The translations under genes and the position numbers were made by a program. Below the pieces are notes generated by a model. That model saw nothing but the letters and a program-made list of their open reading frames with translations. It had not been told where the DNA came from and ran no database searches. Below, in pieces: positions 27,804 through 36,800 of a stretch of 64,000 nucleotides of DNA. Location of the stretch: the NCBI GenBank assembly GCA_947466225.1, contig CANIBL010000003.1, forward strand, positions 2,574 through 66,573, given 5' to 3'. This DNA comes from Deltaproteobacteria bacterium (GTDB taxonomy: Bacteria > Bdellovibrionota_B > Oligoflexia > Oligoflexales > Bog-1112). Numbering within the stretch: the first letter of the stretch is position 1; each line of letters starts with the position of its first letter.

Positions 27804-29000
27804 ATGTATACGCATGTTCATTTTTTTCTACGCAGCACGATTTTGATCCCTCTCCTTTTTTGCCCTTTTTTTTCTGCCGCAAGCCCTTCAGAGGAGACCC
27901 CCAAGACGGTGCTCTATCCAGATCCTTTTCTCTCTACACGCGCAGCCGGCATGGGGGGGGCTCTTTCAACTTTAGCAGACGGTGTTCATGCACCTTTCTA
28001 TAATCCTGCTGGAATTGGAGGGTTGCATTGGGAAAAAACTACCCCACCGACAATTCGACAGCTCAACTTGCCGTATGTAGGTGCTGGGCTCAATACCAAT
28101 ACCACGAGTTTGAATCACGAGTTCTCTCAAGAAGGGGCGAAATCCGACAGCGACGCAGCTGAAACCATACTAAGAGCAAATGAGGGCAAGCGACAGTATG
28201 CACGCACCTCAGGGCTGCTCACGGCTGGATATAATCGATTGATTTTTCTACAAGCCCTGGATTATCAAGTTGCAGCTTTTCGCAAAGCAGGAGAAGCAGC
28301 AGACGGAAAGAATCTTCAGGCTGCCTATCGCAGCCAGAGCTCTACCGGCATTGGCTTCAGTGCAGTGAATTCCACCGAAACATTTTATCTCGGCATTTAC
28401 ACAGCCTATCAACATCGAACAGAATTTTCAGGCGCTCTCAACTATGCAACACTGACAACCCCAAGCACCCGCTCTCATGTACTTTCGGAAGAGGCAGCTT
28501 CTACATCGGGTACCGCAACGAATGCAGGGATGCTCTGGGTACTAGGACCCAAAAGCCGACCTGCTCTCGCAGTGGTCGTGAATAACATTGGGGGTACACG
28601 ATACAAAGGCAGCAGCCATGCAGCTGGCAGCACCGAAACCCAAGATCCAGAAACCGTCACTGTTGGAGCCTCTATTTCCCCTCGCATTGGCTCTCATGGT
28701 TCATTCAACTGGATTCTCGAAGGCCAAGACCTGACAAATCAAGAAATTTCTGTTGGGAAAAAATGGCGCACCGGCATGGAGATTACATGGGGCGGCTTTG
28801 GCAGCGAAGGATGGTTGGGCCTACGAGTCGGATATAACCCCACAGGATTTTCTGGTGGAATCAATCTCAATTTCGGACTGCTGCAATTTGAATTTGCCTC
28901 GAGCGTACAAGATATCGGACTCGGTAATTACATTGTAGCAGAGCGGCGCAACCTTGCCGTGATTTCTGTTAATGCGAGAGAGGATGTCCGAGCAAAGTGA
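27804..29000 (+). CDS. Outer-membrane beta-barrel protein (TraF_2/PorV-like RAAGMGGA N-terminal motif), function unknown
   Basis: The ATG at 27804 gives signal peptide MYTHVHFFLRSTILIPLLFCPFFSAASP. Next comes STRAAGMGGALSTLADGVHAPFYNPAGIG, a motif I associate with PorV/TraF-type barrels. The rest has amphipathic beta-strand periodicity. Confidence 0.55.
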   Translation: MYTHVHFFLRSTILIPLLFCPFFSAASPSEETPKTVLYPDPFLSTRAAGMGGALSTLADGVHAPFYNPAGIGGLHWEKTTPPTIRQLNLPYVGAGLNTNTTSLNHEFSQEGAKSDSDAAETILRANEGKRQYARTSGLLTAGYNRLIFLQALDYQVAAFRKAGEAADGKNLQAAYRSQSSTGIGFSAVNSTETFYLGIYTAYQHRTEFSGALNYATLTTPSTRSHVLSEEAASTSGTATNAGMLWVLGPKSRPALAVVVNNIGGTRYKGSSHAAGSTETQDPETVTVGASISPRIGSHGSFNWILEGQDLTNQEISVGKKWRTGMEITWGGFGSEGWLGLRVGYNPTGFSGGINLNFGLLQFEFASSVQDIGLGNYIVAERRNLAVISVNAREDVRAK

Positions 29001-29018
29001 GATCCCATCAAGACCGAG

Positions 29019-29057
29019 GTACATGCCCATACGGCCGAGGCGGCCAGGGCATGACGG
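29019..29057 (-). repeat. Palindromic intergenic repeat, type 1 copy, inverted orientation
   Basis: The reverse complement reads CCGTCATGCCCTGGCCGCCTCGGCCGTATGGGCATGTAC. It starts 19 nt after the stop of the beta-barrel gene. Confidence 0.7.
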
Positions 29058-29071
29058 AGAGAGCGTATGGA

Positions 29072-29206
29072 TTATCGACAGCCGCCGGCGTGTCCACTAC
29101 AACCACAAGGAACCGGACAACGTTGTGGCTTTTTACCTCCAGTACCAGCGGCCTGTATGTAGTTCAACGTAAGCAGAGAAAAAACTCCGATGGCTTTGGA
29201 TTTCAT
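29072..29206 (-). CDS. Candidate 44-aa Cys-rich micro-ORF (MKSKAIGVFSLLTLNYIQAAGTGGKKPQRCPVPCGCSGHAGGCR)
   Basis: My own translation of the reverse strand inside the 500-bp gap. It is below the 60-aa cut-off of the track. It has a signal-peptide-like N-terminus and 4 Cys in the last 15 residues. No convincing Shine-Dalgarno sequence is present, so it may be spurious. Confidence 0.25.
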   Translation of the reverse strand: MKSKAIGVFSLLTLNYIQAAGTGGKKPQRCPVPCGCSGHAGGCR

Positions 29207-29508
29207 GTTAATAAAAGAAAATGCCTAGACACATCACCGCCGTTTGGCCGCCCGTATGAAACCCGCTACCTAGATTTCCCCTTTGCCTTTCCTCTCACCC
29301 CACAAAGTGGCCTCTATCGATTGGGAGATGGCAAAATCAGATGTTGAAAGATTTTTGCCCGCAAGCGAGCCCCCCTCTCTGCAAGTCTGGAGTCAGACCT
29401 TTTTTGATAGCCGAATCGAGAAAGTAGCCAGTGGCTTTATATAATCGCAGCCCCTCTCTTGGCGCTCGCCATCCCCCATGATATAAACGGGCCTCTAGGA
29501 GTCCCTCT

Positions 29509-30111
29509 ATGCTTGTAGCCGATACCCTTTCTCACGCATTTCAACGCCGCACCCTCTTCCAGGGGGTGTCTTTTACTGTCTTATCAGGTCAACTGCTGCG
29601 CATTCAAGGACCCAATGGCATAGGCAAAACAACCTTACTACGCCTGCTGGCCGGACTTCACACCCCCCGTAGCGGCACCATTTCCATGCCCGCTTCGTGG
29701 GAATATCTCCCAGCAGAAGGCAATGCACTCTTCGGCACCCTCGATGCAGGGGCAAATCTTCACTTTTGGCAGCAGCTTCGAGGGCTTCCCTTGGAAGAGG
29801 CCAAGACTCGAGAGGCTCTCTTGGCCTGGAAAATTCCCGCTGCCCTCCTCGATCTTCGATTCCCTGTGGGGAAGATGTCCACCGGCATGCGGCGACGCAT
29901 CGCCCTGTGTCGCCTTTCCCTCTCTCAAACCCGCTACTGGCTTCTCGATGAGCCCACCTCAGGACTCGATGCAGAGGGGCAAGCGGCTTTTCTCGCGCTT
30001 GTCAAAAATCACCTCGCTCATCAAGGTGCTGTGATCCTGGTAAGCCACGACGAGGCACTCTGCACCGCACTTCAACCCATCGTCTTGGATCTAGGCCACT
30101 ATGCTACTTAA
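29509..30111 (+). CDS. ccmA: Heme exporter ATP-binding protein CcmA
   Basis: 200 aa with Walker A GPNGIGKTT, degenerate signature MSTGMRRRIALCRL and Walker B WLLDEPTSGLD. ccmB and ccmC follow. Confidence 0.85.
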   Translation: MLVADTLSHAFQRRTLFQGVSFTVLSGQLLRIQGPNGIGKTTLLRLLAGLHTPRSGTISMPASWEYLPAEGNALFGTLDAGANLHFWQQLRGLPLEEAKTREALLAWKIPAALLDLRFPVGKMSTGMRRRIALCRLSLSQTRYWLLDEPTSGLDAEGQAAFLALVKNHLAHQGAVILVSHDEALCTALQPIVLDLGHYAT

Positions 30112-30790
30112 ACAAATCTGGCTACTGCTGCGCCACGGACTGCGACTGGACTGGACCTCAAAGGAGCGATTCGTATCCCCTCTCTTGTTTGCTTTGGTGA
30201 TGCTCACGGTATTTACCTTTACCGCCAGTCAAATGCCGGCGATGTACGCCAAACCCGTCTTTGTTTCTCAAACCTTCCTCGTACTGGTCTTTGCTTTACA
30301 AAACGCCTTCTCCCGGATTCTAGACCCAGAGCAAAAAGATCAAGTAGCGGAGCTGCTACGCACCTATCCCATTTCCATGGGCGCCTGGTACACCGCCAAG
30401 CTATTACTCGCCGCACTACATGGCTTGTGGATTTTGCTCCCCTCCCTCTTGGTTTCCAGTCTGTTTTACGGGGAACATGACGTAGGAGTTTCCTTCTATC
30501 TCGGTTTTTTGGGGATTTTGCTCCTATGCCTGATCGGACTTGCCTCCGTGGGCACACTGGCTACCGCCATGACGCTACAAGCTTCTGGCAAAGATCTGAT
30601 CCAGCCCTTGCTCTACTTTACCCTGGCCATCCCCCTGCTTCTTGCGGGCAGCCAAGCCTCTTTGCAACTCTTGCAGAGTCAAAATCTTGAAGACTTCCGC
30701 CATTGGATATATCTTCTGGTAGCCTTTGATACCTTGTTTGTTACAGTGGGTGTCCTATTTTTTGGCATCGTCATGTCGGATGCATCATAA
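30101..30790 (+). CDS. ccmB: Heme exporter membrane protein CcmB
   Basis: 229 aa with about 6 TM helices. Its start overlaps the ccmA end, and it occupies the canonical position between ccmA and ccmC. Confidence 0.8.
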   Translation: MLLKQIWLLLRHGLRLDWTSKERFVSPLLFALVMLTVFTFTASQMPAMYAKPVFVSQTFLVLVFALQNAFSRILDPEQKDQVAELLRTYPISMGAWYTAKLLLAALHGLWILLPSLLVSSLFYGEHDVGVSFYLGFLGILLLCLIGLASVGTLATAMTLQASGKDLIQPLLYFTLAIPLLLAGSQASLQLLQSQNLEDFRHWIYLLVAFDTLFVTVGVLFFGIVMSDAS

Positions 30791-30804
30791 GAAAGAGGTC
30801 GCAT

Positions 30805-31503
30805 TTGTCGATTATATCCACCCCTATTTTGGGCGTACTTTTGTTAAGCGGTGTCTTCGCTACTTGGGGCTATGGGATCTTTAGGGCCCCCACAGAGTTC
30901 TACCAAGGAGAGGTGTATCGCATCCTTTATCTCCATGTGCCCTGCGCCTTTTCGGCCTTTTTATCGGCGTTTGTACTCTGTATCTGCAGTCTACGGGTAC
31001 TGCTGCAAAAGAGCGCTGCCAGCATGAGCCTATGGACCGCACGAGCTTGCGCAGAAGTCGGGCTGATTTACACCTTACTCACGCTCTTTACGGGATCCAT
31101 TTGGGGATATCCAACCTGGGGCGTGTGGTGGACATGGGATGCACGCCTTACCACCACCTTAATTCTCGCTTTTCTTTATGGTTGCTACCTATTGCTATGG
31201 AACACGCTTGATTCCTATCCGCTTCGCGCCAAAGTTTGCTCCGTCTTTGGTATTTTGATTTTCCTCGATGTTCCGATTATTTACAAAAGCGTGACCTGGT
31301 GGAGAACCTTGCATCAGCCCCCAAGCTTGCTTTCTCCTAGCGCCCCCATGTCCAGTGAAATCCTCTACCCGCTTGTGGCTTCAATCTTTGTCATGTTGGG
31401 GTTTGCAGCTTGGCTCATCCTCCTCCGCAGCCAAAACATCCAAACGCACAACGAGATTGAAGAATCCCTCTGCCACACCGCTCATGGAGGCACCTTGTCA
31501 TGA
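30805..31503 (+). CDS. ccmC: Heme exporter/heme lyase-associated protein CcmC
   Basis: TTG start preceded by AAGAGG. Tryptophan-rich motif WGYPTWGVWWTWDARL with flanking conserved His residues. Confidence 0.9.
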   Translation: MSIISTPILGVLLLSGVFATWGYGIFRAPTEFYQGEVYRILYLHVPCAFSAFLSAFVLCICSLRVLLQKSAASMSLWTARACAEVGLIYTLLTLFTGSIWGYPTWGVWWTWDARLTTTLILAFLYGCYLLLWNTLDSYPLRAKVCSVFGILIFLDVPIIYKSVTWWRTLHQPPSLLSPSAPMSSEILYPLVASIFVMLGFAAWLILLRSQNIQTHNEIEESLCHTAHGGTLS

Positions 31504-31643
31504 ACGCAGCCCCTTTTATTTACACCGCTTTCGGTATCAGCGCGTTTGTTCTTATTGGGTACACGTTACTGCAAGTGCGGTTACAACGAGAGAATCGTAG
31601 ACTCCTTACCCTGCTTGCCAAAGGAACTTCCCATGGAACGTAA
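31500..31643 (+). CDS. ccmD: Heme exporter small membrane protein CcmD
   Basis: Not in the track (47 aa). The ATG forms an ATGA overlap with the ccmC stop. My translation is MNAAPFIYTAFGISAFVLIGYTLLQVRLQRENRRLLTLLAKGTSHGT: one TM helix followed by a basic tail, as in CcmD. Confidence 0.65.
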   Translation: MNAAPFIYTAFGISAFVLIGYTLLQVRLQRENRRLLTLLAKGTSHGT

Positions 31644-32073
31644 ATGGATCATAGGTCTTGTCGTCATCGCTGCGTGTATCGGGGGCATTTCCTTCATCAC
31701 CATGCGGCAATATTCGGTCTACTTCTACACACCCCAAGAAGCCAAGGCTCAAGCCATGGAGCTAAGCCAAAAGGAAATCAAAGTAGGCGGTATGGTAAAG
31801 CCCGGTACGCTTCGATGGGAAGCAACCTCACTCTCTCTCTCCTTTGTCCTCACAGATCTACAAGCAGCTGAGATCGAAGTGCAGTACCACGGTAGCCCGC
31901 CGGATCTACTCAAAGAAAGTGCTGGTGTGGTGGCCCAAGGCCGCATCGCGCAAACGGGTGCACTATTTCATGCAGTGAAACTCATGGTAAAACACTCCGA
32001 AGAATACAAGGTCCCGAAAGACCAGCACGCCATCAACCCTGCGTTGCTTAAGCAGTCTCTCTTTAAAGAATAA
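31633..32073 (+). CDS. ccmE: Cytochrome c-type biogenesis heme chaperone CcmE
   Basis: The ATG at 31633 (MERKWIIGLVVIAACIGG...) overlaps the ccmD end. There is an N-terminal anchor, an OB-fold region (IKVGGMVKPGTL) and heme-binding His context VKHSEEYKVP. Confidence 0.85.
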   Translation: MERKWIIGLVVIAACIGGISFITMRQYSVYFYTPQEAKAQAMELSQKEIKVGGMVKPGTLRWEATSLSLSFVLTDLQAAEIEVQYHGSPPDLLKESAGVVAQGRIAQTGALFHAVKLMVKHSEEYKVPKDQHAINPALLKQSLFKE

Positions 32074-32083
32074 GGACCTAGCC

Positions 32084-32626
32084 ATGGAAAAAAAACATCT
32101 CTTCGGCGTGGGGATCATCCTCACCTGCCTCACGGGCCTGTTCTTTTTATTAGGCAAAGGCCTTCTCCTTGACCCCAATCAAAAACCCACTTCCCATGCC
32201 CATCAAGCAGCGACGGGGTTCACCTTGGAGTGGATTCAAGGCCAAGATCAGATGGCGCCCAATAAAGAGCCCCTCACCCTCTCCCTCTTTAAAGGAAAAT
32301 GGGTGGTGCTCAACTTTTGGGCCAGTTGGTGCAGCAGCTGCGGAGAGGAGGCGAAGGAGATGGAGGCCTTCTGGAGCAAGTATAAAGATCAAGATATTGT
32401 CGTCCTTGGGGTCGCCGTACATGATCAACTACCAGCGGCCAAGAAATTCGCCGCCCACTTTGGCAAAACCTACCCCCTCGGTCTGGATGCAACCGGGAAA
32501 GTCAGTCTGGATTATGGCGTCTCCGGTGTACCAGAAACGTTTTTGATCGATAAAGAAGGCGTCATCCAAGAAAGGATCGTGGGACCGGTCACCCTTTCCA
32601 TGTTAGAAAAGAAGCTACATTTGTAG
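32084..32626 (+). CDS. ccmG: Thiol:disulfide interchange protein CcmG/DsbE
   Basis: Membrane anchor, CxxC in NFWASWCSSCGEE and the GVSGVPETFLID motif typical of CcmG. Confidence 0.8.
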   Translation: MEKKHLFGVGIILTCLTGLFFLLGKGLLLDPNQKPTSHAHQAATGFTLEWIQGQDQMAPNKEPLTLSLFKGKWVVLNFWASWCSSCGEEAKEMEAFWSKYKDQDIVVLGVAVHDQLPAAKKFAAHFGKTYPLGLDATGKVSLDYGVSGVPETFLIDKEGVIQERIVGPVTLSMLEKKLHL

Positions 32627-32639
32627 GAGGTCCGCTATT

Positions 32640-32816
32640 ATGTCACGTCGACCACAAAAGTCCTTTGATCTACCCGGGGATTTGAAAATCGAAAGCTTCA
32701 GTGATTTCGCCGGGTTTCTCGTGGTGGTGCCTTTCATCGCCTTGGTTATGCCCTTTTTGGGTGCCGCCTATACACTTGGCTTTCTTATGGATATTACAGG
32801 CTGGTTGGATAGCTAA
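32640..32816 (+). CDS. Small (58-aa) membrane protein, function unknown
   Basis: Not in the track. The ATG at 32640 is preceded by AGGAGG (32625-32630). My translation is MSRRPQKSFDLPGDLKIESFSDFAGFLVVVPFIALVMPFLGAAYTLGFLMDITGWLDS. It lies directly after ccmG on the same strand. Confidence 0.5.
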   Translation: MSRRPQKSFDLPGDLKIESFSDFAGFLVVVPFIALVMPFLGAAYTLGFLMDITGWLDS

Positions 32817-32967
32817 TCCACCGCAACGTAAGTAAACTCCCATCCTAGAAGCAGCCCGGGCATGACAAGGGTTTAGATTCAGGACCTTTTCAACCCAAAG
32901 TTGCATAGATTGCTCTCCGCGCGGCAACATGGTACGCTACCACCATCTTTTTTTGGTGGAGCCCTTT

Positions 32968-33846
32968 ATGCACCGTGTGTGGACCCTTCTTCTTTGCTTA
33001 TGTACAACCCCTCTTTTCAGCGAACCCCTTGCCAAAGTCCAAGTGCATGCAGTGCAACCGGAGACCCTTTTCGATACCTATCAATATCCCGTTATCGTAG
33101 AAGCTCAACAAGAGAGCAACCTCCATGCAGAAATTGCAGGTACCGTAAAATCCCTCCCTATACAACTAGGCTCTACAGTGCAAGGCGGTCAGCCCCTCCT
33201 CATCTTGCAACACAGCAAAGTCGAGTATTCTCAGGCCCCCTTTGTGGTAAAAAGCCCGATCTCGGGACAAGTCGCTGCGGTCTACAAAAAAGTGGGTGCT
33301 CGAGTAGAAATCGGAGAACTGCTGGCACACATCGTAAATCGAGAACACGTAGCCCTCAAAATCGAAATTCCTGAAACGGAACTCTCCCAGCTCGCCATCG
33401 GATTACTCGGCACCCTGTCCTTTCGCACGGCAGAGGGACCCTTATCGCAAGTGCGATTACAAGGCATCGCCCCTCGTATAGATCCTACGACAGGCACGGC
33501 AACAGCTGAACTTCAATGGGATAAAGCGCAATGGACCCCTGAAACCCCAAAGAAAGTGGCCCAACTCTACCCAGGTATGCTGGGTCATGTTGTTTTCTCT
33601 TTGCATCCGAGAAAAGCGCTCTTGGTCGTAAAACAAGCCGTTTCCCTGGAAAACGGACTCCCCATCCTCAAAGTGGTGCAGGCCGGCAAAGTTCATAAGA
33701 AAAAAGTCCAATTGGGAAAAGAACATGGGGACCGGGTTGAAATCCAAACCGGCCTCGAAGTGGGCGACCATGTAATTCTACAGAGCCCACAATATCTGCG
33801 AGAAAATGAATCTGTGGAAATCGAACCGACAAATGAAATGAAATGA
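32968..33846 (+). CDS. RND efflux membrane fusion (periplasmic adaptor) protein
   Basis: The ATG at 32968 gives signal peptide MHRVWTLLLCLCTTPLFS. Lipoyl/beta-barrel type segments are present (e.g. LHAEIAGTVKSL, GDRVEIQTGLEVGDHVI). It sits immediately upstream of an RND pump. The track ORF starts at 32929. Confidence 0.82.
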   Translation: MHRVWTLLLCLCTTPLFSEPLAKVQVHAVQPETLFDTYQYPVIVEAQQESNLHAEIAGTVKSLPIQLGSTVQGGQPLLILQHSKVEYSQAPFVVKSPISGQVAAVYKKVGARVEIGELLAHIVNREHVALKIEIPETELSQLAIGLLGTLSFRTAEGPLSQVRLQGIAPRIDPTTGTATAELQWDKAQWTPETPKKVAQLYPGMLGHVVFSLHPRKALLVVKQAVSLENGLPILKVVQAGKVHKKKVQLGKEHGDRVEIQTGLEVGDHVILQSPQYLRENESVEIEPTNEMK

Positions 33847-33847
33847 A

Positions 33848-36800
33848 ATGAAACTTCATAGCGTATATAGCGCCCCCCATCGCATCTACCTGTGTTTTCT
33901 CTTGTTGGGAATTGCGGGGTTTCTCTGCTATCAAACCTTGCCGATTTCCCTCTTTCCCAACTCTACACGTCCCCAAATCGGATCTGAGGTCCCCTATGGC
34001 AATTTGACACGGGATGGGTTTCTCACCTCCTATGGAAAAGATATCGAACAGCTACTCCACGCTATTCGAGGGAAGTCCTGTACAGCAGACCGTGTAGAAG
34101 CCCAATACAGCGCCAAAAGCGTCTATTATAATATCCAGTTTGGATGGGGGGATGAAGGAGCGGAGTGCTTGAAAGAAGTCAAGCAGGTGATCAATACCTT
34201 TCAATCCCAATGGCCGCAAGAGGTACAGCGCCGTCTCGGCGTATGGCAAAATTCCAGTGGGACCGGGTTTTTTCTCGCCAGCTTACATAGCAAGGCTCGC
34301 TCTGATGTAGACATACATACAGCGCTGGAACCCATTCTGCGAACCAAATTTGCGGGTATTCGAGAGGTAGAGCGCGTTTGGATCAACGATCCTGCCGCCA
34401 AGCAAATCACCATTGATCTCTCTCCAACTAAACTAGCGGCTTTCAAGTTACGACCCAAAGAAGTGATTGAAAAAATCCAACAAACCATGACCCATTACAA
34501 TGGGGGAGAAGTCCACGTCGGCACCAATCAGCTTTCCCTCGAAATTGGAACACCGCTCACCGACGTAAAAGAGCTGGGATCCCTTCTCGTAACCAAAACG
34601 ACAGATAAAAAAATCTACCTAAGTGAAATTGCCCACATCAAAGTCGAACCTGCGAGCAAAGAACGAAACCTCACAACCTTAAACGGCTCCTCTTCCGTCT
34701 TAATTTTCTCGAAGCCAGCTCCCGGAAAAAATATCCGAGACATGAGTCGAAAAATCATTGCCGTCTTGGAGAACACCCTCAAAAAAGACCCCCAATTTTC
34801 CGACATTGACTACACGGTAATGGTAAACCCAGGCGCGTTTGTAGACCAATCTATCTCGAATGTGTTGAAAGAAGTCGGGATTTGCTCCCTTATCGCAGTA
34901 CTGATTCTGTTTCTTTTTATTGGCACACTCTCAGGTACTGTGCCGGCTTTAATCGAAATCCCCTTGAGTTTGCTTTTATCTTTTATCCTTATGAAACTGG
35001 CTGGGGTTCACATCAACATGATTTCCTTGGGAGGGCTGGCTCTTTCTGTGGGAATGAACGTAGATGCCTCCATCGTAGTCATCGACTCCATCTTGAAGCG
35101 ATTTGCTTTGCTCAAAGGCACAAGGCTTTCAAAGCAAGCCATTGTTTCTTCCGTAGTAGAAGCCGTACAGGAGGTCTATATACCGGTAGTACTATCTACC
35201 ATTACCTCGCTAATTGTGTTTATCCCCCTGTCCTTTACCTCGGATCTTACCGAAGCGATTCTAGGAGACTTGGCAAAAGCCGTGATTTTCTCCCACGGCC
35301 TCTCTCTGTTTATCGCCCTTCTTTTGGTTCCCAGTATTCGGGTACATATGGCATATCGATTTGGCGTCACCTCAGAGCACCATGCCCTTCCCTGGTTGGA
35401 GCGCAGATGGAACAGTCTCTATACTGGGTACGAAAGTAGCTTGAGTTGGCTACTGGAACAAAGAAAGACACAGTGGGTCTTATACGTAGCGGTTCTCGCA
35501 ACTTTGGTGGCAGCGGTCACATGGATACCCTCTCAACTGAAACGAGAAATTATTGGCATACCTGAGACTGCGATTATCAGCAGTCAGATTCAAGTGTACC
35601 AATCCTCCACACACCAGCAAACCCAATCCTATGTAGCCAAATTTGAGCAGCAGATCAGAGAAAAATGGGGCGATAAAATCGATTTTACTTTTGCTGAGGT
35701 CTACCAAAAAGACCGCTCTGCATTTTGGATTTCTCTCCGCGATAAATCCGAAGCAAAAGCCATGCAAGAATCTCTAGAAGAAATGGCCAAATCTCGTCTG
35801 GATGCCAAATTCGACTTCTATCCATTTAATCCAGCCGAGCTCCCGTTGCCGAATCCTCCTGATTGGGAAATCACCTTTCACGGCAGACACTCGCAAGAAA
35901 TCAGGGCCGTACGAGAGGCCTTTCGTGTAGAGCTTTTGGATCGCGGCATCCTCACCAATTTACCAGACCCTCCATCCGCATTCCCCACTCAGGCCAACCT
36001 CATTCCCATTCCTGCAGCTTGGGCGCACTTGTCTTCAAATAAGGCGAATGATCTCACGCCATCGGATATAGGCCAAATGATTTTGCTTGGCACAGATCCC
36101 ATTGAAATTGGGTTATTTACCTTACAAGAAAAACAACTTCCCATTGTAGCTGCGTATCCTCACCAAACCCTTACTTCTATAGCTGATATGGAGGCTTTGC
36201 CCATTTTTGTGGGAGAAAAAATTATTCCGCTGCGGGCCTTGATGCACGTCAAGCTGGAAAGCAACCGAATCAGCAACCTCTATCGCGTAGATGGAGATGA
36301 CACCTATACGTATTCCGGAAATTTTACAGAAAAAGAAAAACGACAAGAAAAAACTCTTAGAAGGAAGTTGTCCGAGTTTATTGGGACATTCCAAGCCCAG
36401 CAGCGAAATAACGGTGTTGCCCTGACCCCGGAAGACACCCAAAAAGAACTTACCCAAGCCTTGCATGAGCTACTATTGGCCATCGCTATTTCTCTTGGAT
36501 TGATTTTCCTCGTGCTATACCTGCAATTTTCCAGCTTGGTTCATACTTTCATCATCATGCTGGCGATTCCATTTGGGCTCATCGGCGTATTTCTTTCCCT
36601 TTATATTTTCCACTCCACCTTAAGCGTAAATGCAGCATTGGGCATCATTTTGCTTATCGGTATCACCGTAGCCAACTCCATTATGCTGGTAGAAAAAATC
36701 TTACACTTACATCGAGCGGGTACAGCTTCAAGAGAAGCCATCTTAGAAACAGCGAAGAAACGCATCCGACCCATCTTGATGACCTCTCTTACGACCATTT

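Noticed and set aside
28997-29347. 116-aa + strand ORF filling part of the gap upstream of ccmA
   Set aside because: It starts inside the palindromic repeat and overlaps the stop of the upstream gene. It has no Shine-Dalgarno sequence, and its Arg/Thr/Gly-rich composition has no hydrophobic core pattern. It is most likely a chance ORF in GC-rich non-coding DNA.
32670-32930. 86-aa reverse-strand ORF between ccmG and the RND operon
   Set aside because: It is antisense to the 58-aa + strand ORF, which has a proper AGGAGG ribosome-binding site and a TM-like sequence. The reverse ORF is His/Gly/Cys-rich with no start context, and it runs through a degenerate repeat copy.
33831-33850. (AAATG)x4 pentanucleotide repeat spanning the adaptor stop and RND pump start: possible phase-variation switch
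   Set aside because: All three reading frames through the repeat hit TGA within two units, and the pump ATG is supplied by the last unit. Gain or loss of units would therefore change only one or two C-terminal residues of the adaptor and would not disrupt either gene.
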